This document shows, piece by piece, positions 24,505 through 27,597 of a stretch of 27,597 bases of DNA (its first letter is position 1; every line of letters starts with the position of its first letter). The position numbers and the translations under genes are program-made. The stretch lies in IMG/VR virus record IMGVR_UViG_3300048894_000144, positions 1-27,597 of that record. One strand, given 5' to 3'. The notes beneath the pieces were generated by a model. The model searched no databases and was not told the DNA's origin. It saw nothing but the letters and a program-made list of their open reading frames with translations. Origin of the DNA: a virus (taxonomy: Duplodnaviria > Caudoviricetes).

Positions 24505-26621
24505 GATGTCCCCGCCTGCTCCGGCGGCGCCAGCGCGTTGTGCCGCGCGATCATCGTGTCATTGATGCGCTGCACCGCGCTGTGCCGCAGATCGTTGGCC
24601 CGCGCCTCGTCCACCGCCGCCTTGGCGTGCAACCCGCGCAGGTTCGCCCCGTCCATCGCCGCCTGCACTTCCGGCGGCACCACCGTGCCCGGATCGGACG
24701 GCGGGTCGGGCGGCGCGGACAGGTCGTTGAACATGGTGTGCGTCTCGGCGATGTGATGCACCGTCGCGTGCTGCCGCTCCTTGGCCAGCGCGAAGTCGGC
24801 GGCCGCCTTGCCCTGGGTCGCGGTGATGTCGGCCTGCGCCTTGTCCTGGGCCATCTTCTGGACGACCTGCTGCTGTTGCGCCGCCGCCTGCTGGTGTTCC
24901 TTCAACATCTCCAGCAACTGGTCCTTGTTTCGCAAATTCGACGCCGCGATCAGGATCTCCGGCGGGATCAGCCCCGGCTGCGTGCCGGCCAACTGGATCA
25001 GCACCTGGAACTGCTCGGCCTGGATCGAGGGCACGTCGATCCCCTCCTCGATCGTCACGTCGATGTCCATGTCGGTGATGTCGTTGTCGATCCGTATCAC
25101 CTGCTGGAGGCGCGGATCGCCGGGCATCAGTTGCATCCGCTGCATCGCCATGGCGCGCTGCTGCTCGGGCATCGCCGCGAGTTCGTCCATCAGCCGCACC
25201 GGCTGATTGATGCCAACCCATTTCGTGGCGCCGAGGTCGTCGGTCACCCGCACCCAGCGCCCGGCGCCCCAGTATTGCCGCGCCGCCATCCACGCCACTT
25301 CCCAGACCGAGCGCGCCCACATCCGCACCGTGTCCGCGATCGGCTCATGCGCCGCCGCGCCGCCGGCCTGCTGCGCGAGGATCGCGCGGCCCGAGAGTTC
25401 GCGCGGATCGGTGCCCGACATCGAGGCGTTCGGCCCCGACGCCTGCATCTCGGCGGTGGCGTGTTGCAGCAGCTTGAACTGGCCCTCGGCGAGGTCCGCC
25501 CCGTCCGTCAATTCGAATTTCAGTCCGGGGTTGATGACGATCAGACCGTCGGGCCGCGCCACCTCGCGCCGCGCCTTGTCGATGTCGGCGACCGCGCCGT
25601 CCTCCATCACCACTTGCTTAACGCTCAACAAATGCAACGCCTTGGACCGCCGCTTGTTGATCTCGTCCTGCTCGCTGATGAGGTCGCGGACCATGCCGTA
25701 ACGATTGTTCTCGCGGTCGGTGTGCGCCGAGGCCATCAGCAGCCCGCTCGTCGAGCGGCCCTTGTGGTCGAGGAACTTCGAGCGCATCGGCTCGGCGAGG
25801 AAGCCAACGCGGGTCAGCGTGGCGAACCACCACTCGTCGCGTTCCTGCCAGTGGCATTGCACGATCCGCACCCGCTCGCGCTTGCTGTCACACCACAGCA
25901 CCTCGTTCGGCCGGTCGCCGTAAGATCCCGTCTGCGTCGCGAACGTGTCGCTGATCAGGTCCTCCGCGTCCGGCCACATCTCATAAGCCTGGTCGCGGTC
26001 CATCCAGATCACGATGCCTTTGTACCGCGCGTCGCTAAAGTCCAGTCGCCGCGAGTGTGGGTCCCAGAACAGCCGGTCGTAAGGCACCTGCGTGATGGTG
26101 ATGTTCGCGCCGCCTTTGCCGTCGTCCTCCAGCCCGAGCTCGGCGCCGCCCACGCCCTCGACCAGCAGGTTCTCATACACATCGCTGCGAACGAGTGGGA
26201 AATTGTTGTCGTCGGCGATGTAACGCAGCGCCTGCGTCGCGGCGTCGGCCTTGTCCTCGTCCGTCGGATTGCGCGCGAACGCCTTCGGATCGGTGCGCGA
26301 CTTGCGCTCCAGCCCGCACATCAACTCGACTTTCCGGGAACAATAATTGATCGTCACATCCGGCTGGCCGCGATCGCGCAACGCCTTCAGTTCAGTATCG
26401 CTCCACTGAAAGCCGCAGACGTAATCGCGGTCGCGCAACGACAACTGACGGCCCTCATGCGTCGCCCGCTCGCCGTCCTCGAACCACTGCACCATGCGCG
26501 CGTGCAGGTCGTCGAGGTTTCGTGGGTAACGATCGGACGCGATACCCGGCCCGGCCTTTGGCCGCGACGCTTCGGCGGCCTCGGGCGCGGTGGGCGGATC
26601 GGGATACAGCGCCTGAGACAC
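24501..26621 (-). CDS. portal protein (P22-like)
   Basis: Probable GTG start at 26621 (TAGTG overlap). RDRDYVCGFQW, RGQPDVTIN, YGMVRDLISEQDEINKRRSK, SGRAILAQQ and Gln-rich barrel. Confidence 0.9.
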   Translation of the reverse strand: MSQALYPDPPTAPEAAEASRPKAGPGIASDRYPRNLDDLHARMVQWFEDGERATHEGRQLSLRDRDYVCGFQWSDTELKALRDRGQPDVTINYCSRKVELMCGLERKSRTDPKAFARNPTDEDKADAATQALRYIADDNNFPLVRSDVYENLLVEGVGGAELGLEDDGKGGANITITQVPYDRLFWDPHSRRLDFSDARYKGIVIWMDRDQAYEMWPDAEDLISDTFATQTGSYGDRPNEVLWCDSKRERVRIVQCHWQERDEWWFATLTRVGFLAEPMRSKFLDHKGRSTSGLLMASAHTDRENNRYGMVRDLISEQDEINKRRSKALHLLSVKQVVMEDGAVADIDKARREVARPDGLIVINPGLKFELTDGADLAEGQFKLLQHATAEMQASGPNASMSGTDPRELSGRAILAQQAGGAAAHEPIADTVRMWARSVWEVAWMAARQYWGAGRWVRVTDDLGATKWVGINQPVRLMDELAAMPEQQRAMAMQRMQLMPGDPRLQQVIRIDNDITDMDIDVTIEEGIDVPSIQAEQFQVLIQLAGTQPGLIPPEILIAASNLRNKDQLLEMLKEHQQAAAQQQQVVQKMAQDKAQADITATQGKAAADFALAKERQHATVHHIAETHTMFNDLSAPPDPPSDPGTVVPPEVQAAMDGANLRGLHAKAAVDEARANDLRHSAVQRINDTMIARHNALAPPEQAGTS

Positions 26622-26815
26622 TAGCCGACGGTCTCCTTGATTGACCCCTTGCGCGCCGCGTCCATGGCGTCGGTGAACCAGATCAGCAGCCACTCACGCT
26701 CGACCTTGATGCCTTGCGCCTCGGCGTTCTGAGCCGCCGCCTCGGTCCATTTCGCGGGATCGTCGCCGACCGCGCGCTGGAACTCGGCGCCGCTCATCGC
26801 CTCATAATCAGGCAT
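26621..26815 (-). CDS. small hypothetical phage protein
   Basis: ATG 26815 after GGGGG. DPAKWTEA...WLLIWFTDAM. Coupled to the portal gene. Confidence 0.65.
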   Translation of the reverse strand: MPDYEAMSGAEFQRAVGDDPAKWTEAAAQNAEAQGIKVEREWLLIWFTDAMDAARKGSIKETVG

Positions 26816-27088
26816 CGTTGCCCCCCGTTCGCGTGTAATGGTCACGCATGGCTTCGGCGAAGAACGCGGCATCCCACTCCAGATAAGCCCGCGACGGCGG
26901 GGCCGGAGGAACGCGTCCGAATCTTCGCCGGATCCACCAGAAGAGAGTCCGCCACCATGATCGGATGTTCACGGCTCAATCCCCCTGTCCGAAAACGACC
27001 GTATACGGACAGGCACTTTTCCCCTGTCCAGAATATAGCGTTTCGCCATTGTGGACGGTTAAATCCGGCGGACATCGTTTTCGGACGC

Positions 27089-27597
27089 TCACGCCACCCT
27101 CCAGTCGCGCAACGGGCGCTCGTCGCGCGCGAACGCCGCGTCCCAACTGTCCACCACCTTTGGCCGCTCCATGTCGCGAACGTAAGGACGCGACATCATC
27201 GCGTATCTTGCGGAGTCGCAACAATGATCTTCCGATTCCGTATCGACATCCTCGGCCCGGCTCGCGTCGTGTTGCAAGGCCGGAAGCGTTCTGATCACAT
27301 CCTTCGCGGTCGAGAAGAACACGACCATCGGCTTGTCGTCCGCGTCACCAACCAGTCGCGCCCTGACCTGATCCCAGCCGCCCATGGCGCCGCGCTGTGG
27401 CACCCGCTTGTTGTCCGCCGGGCGAAACACAATGCGCGCCGCGCGGGTCATGCGCATCGCGATGCTCGGGCCGCCGTCCTCGGCGAAGATCGAGGGATCG
27501 GCGACGCCAACCATCATGCCGCTGGCCGGTTTCGGGTCGTCACGCTCGCGGTCCCTGATCCCCTCTGCGACCTGTTCCGCCGTCATGTGCAGCCCCA
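27089..27597 (-). CDS. terL: terminase large subunit, C-terminal nuclease domain (5' truncated by window)
   Basis: VADPSIF...GPSIA...ADNKR...GWDQVRARL...EDVDTESEDHCCDSARY RNase H-like terminase motifs, upstream of the portal gene. Confidence 0.9.
   Translation of the reverse strand, partial: GLHMTAEQVAEGIRDRERDDPKPASGMMVGVADPSIFAEDGGPSIAMRMTRAARIVFRPADNKRVPQRGAMGGWDQVRARLVGDADDKPMVVFFSTAKDVIRTLPALQHDASRAEDVDTESEDHCCDSARYAMMSRPYVRDMERPKVVDSWDAAFARDERPLRDWRVA

Noticed and set aside
3882-27294. Many long + strand ORFs (e.g. 3882-4922, 11953-13809, 15540-16403, 24540-26624 and the 5' part of 17771-19552)
   Set aside because: Antisense shadows of real - strand genes in high-GC DNA. Only the HNH part (19115-19552) is credible.

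Overview
The window is one continuous stretch of a high-GC temperate tailed phage with a P22-like podovirus morphogenesis plan and an N4-gp56/DUF4043-type major capsid protein. An alphaproteobacterial host is my inference. No host genes are visible. On the + strand, 1-2209 holds small early genes, an excisionase and a tyrosine integrase. An accessory, attP-like zone follows (about 2200-4167) with IHF-like sites, a PD-(D/E)XK-type gene with its own promoter, and a small membrane protein. On the - strand, 27597 to 4164 is the late operon: terminase C-terminus, portal, scaffold, capsid, gp4-like adaptor, several tail fibre/spike genes, gp10-like tail hub, needle-like gene, a 2OG-Fe(II) hydroxylase plus cupin pair, and three DNA-ejection proteins. 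An antisense HNH gene interrupts it. The most striking element lies between scaffold and capsid: a standalone Cas7-like RAMP gene (23049-23636), immediately followed by a 30-unit, perfectly 5-nt-phased CGC-NN repeat (22896-23047) and a winged-helix gene. This is a candidate non-CRISPR RNA-guided system. Also notable are five tandem covarying pseudoknot-like RNA motifs upstream of the capsid gene. All family calls come from motif recognition by eye; no database searches were run.
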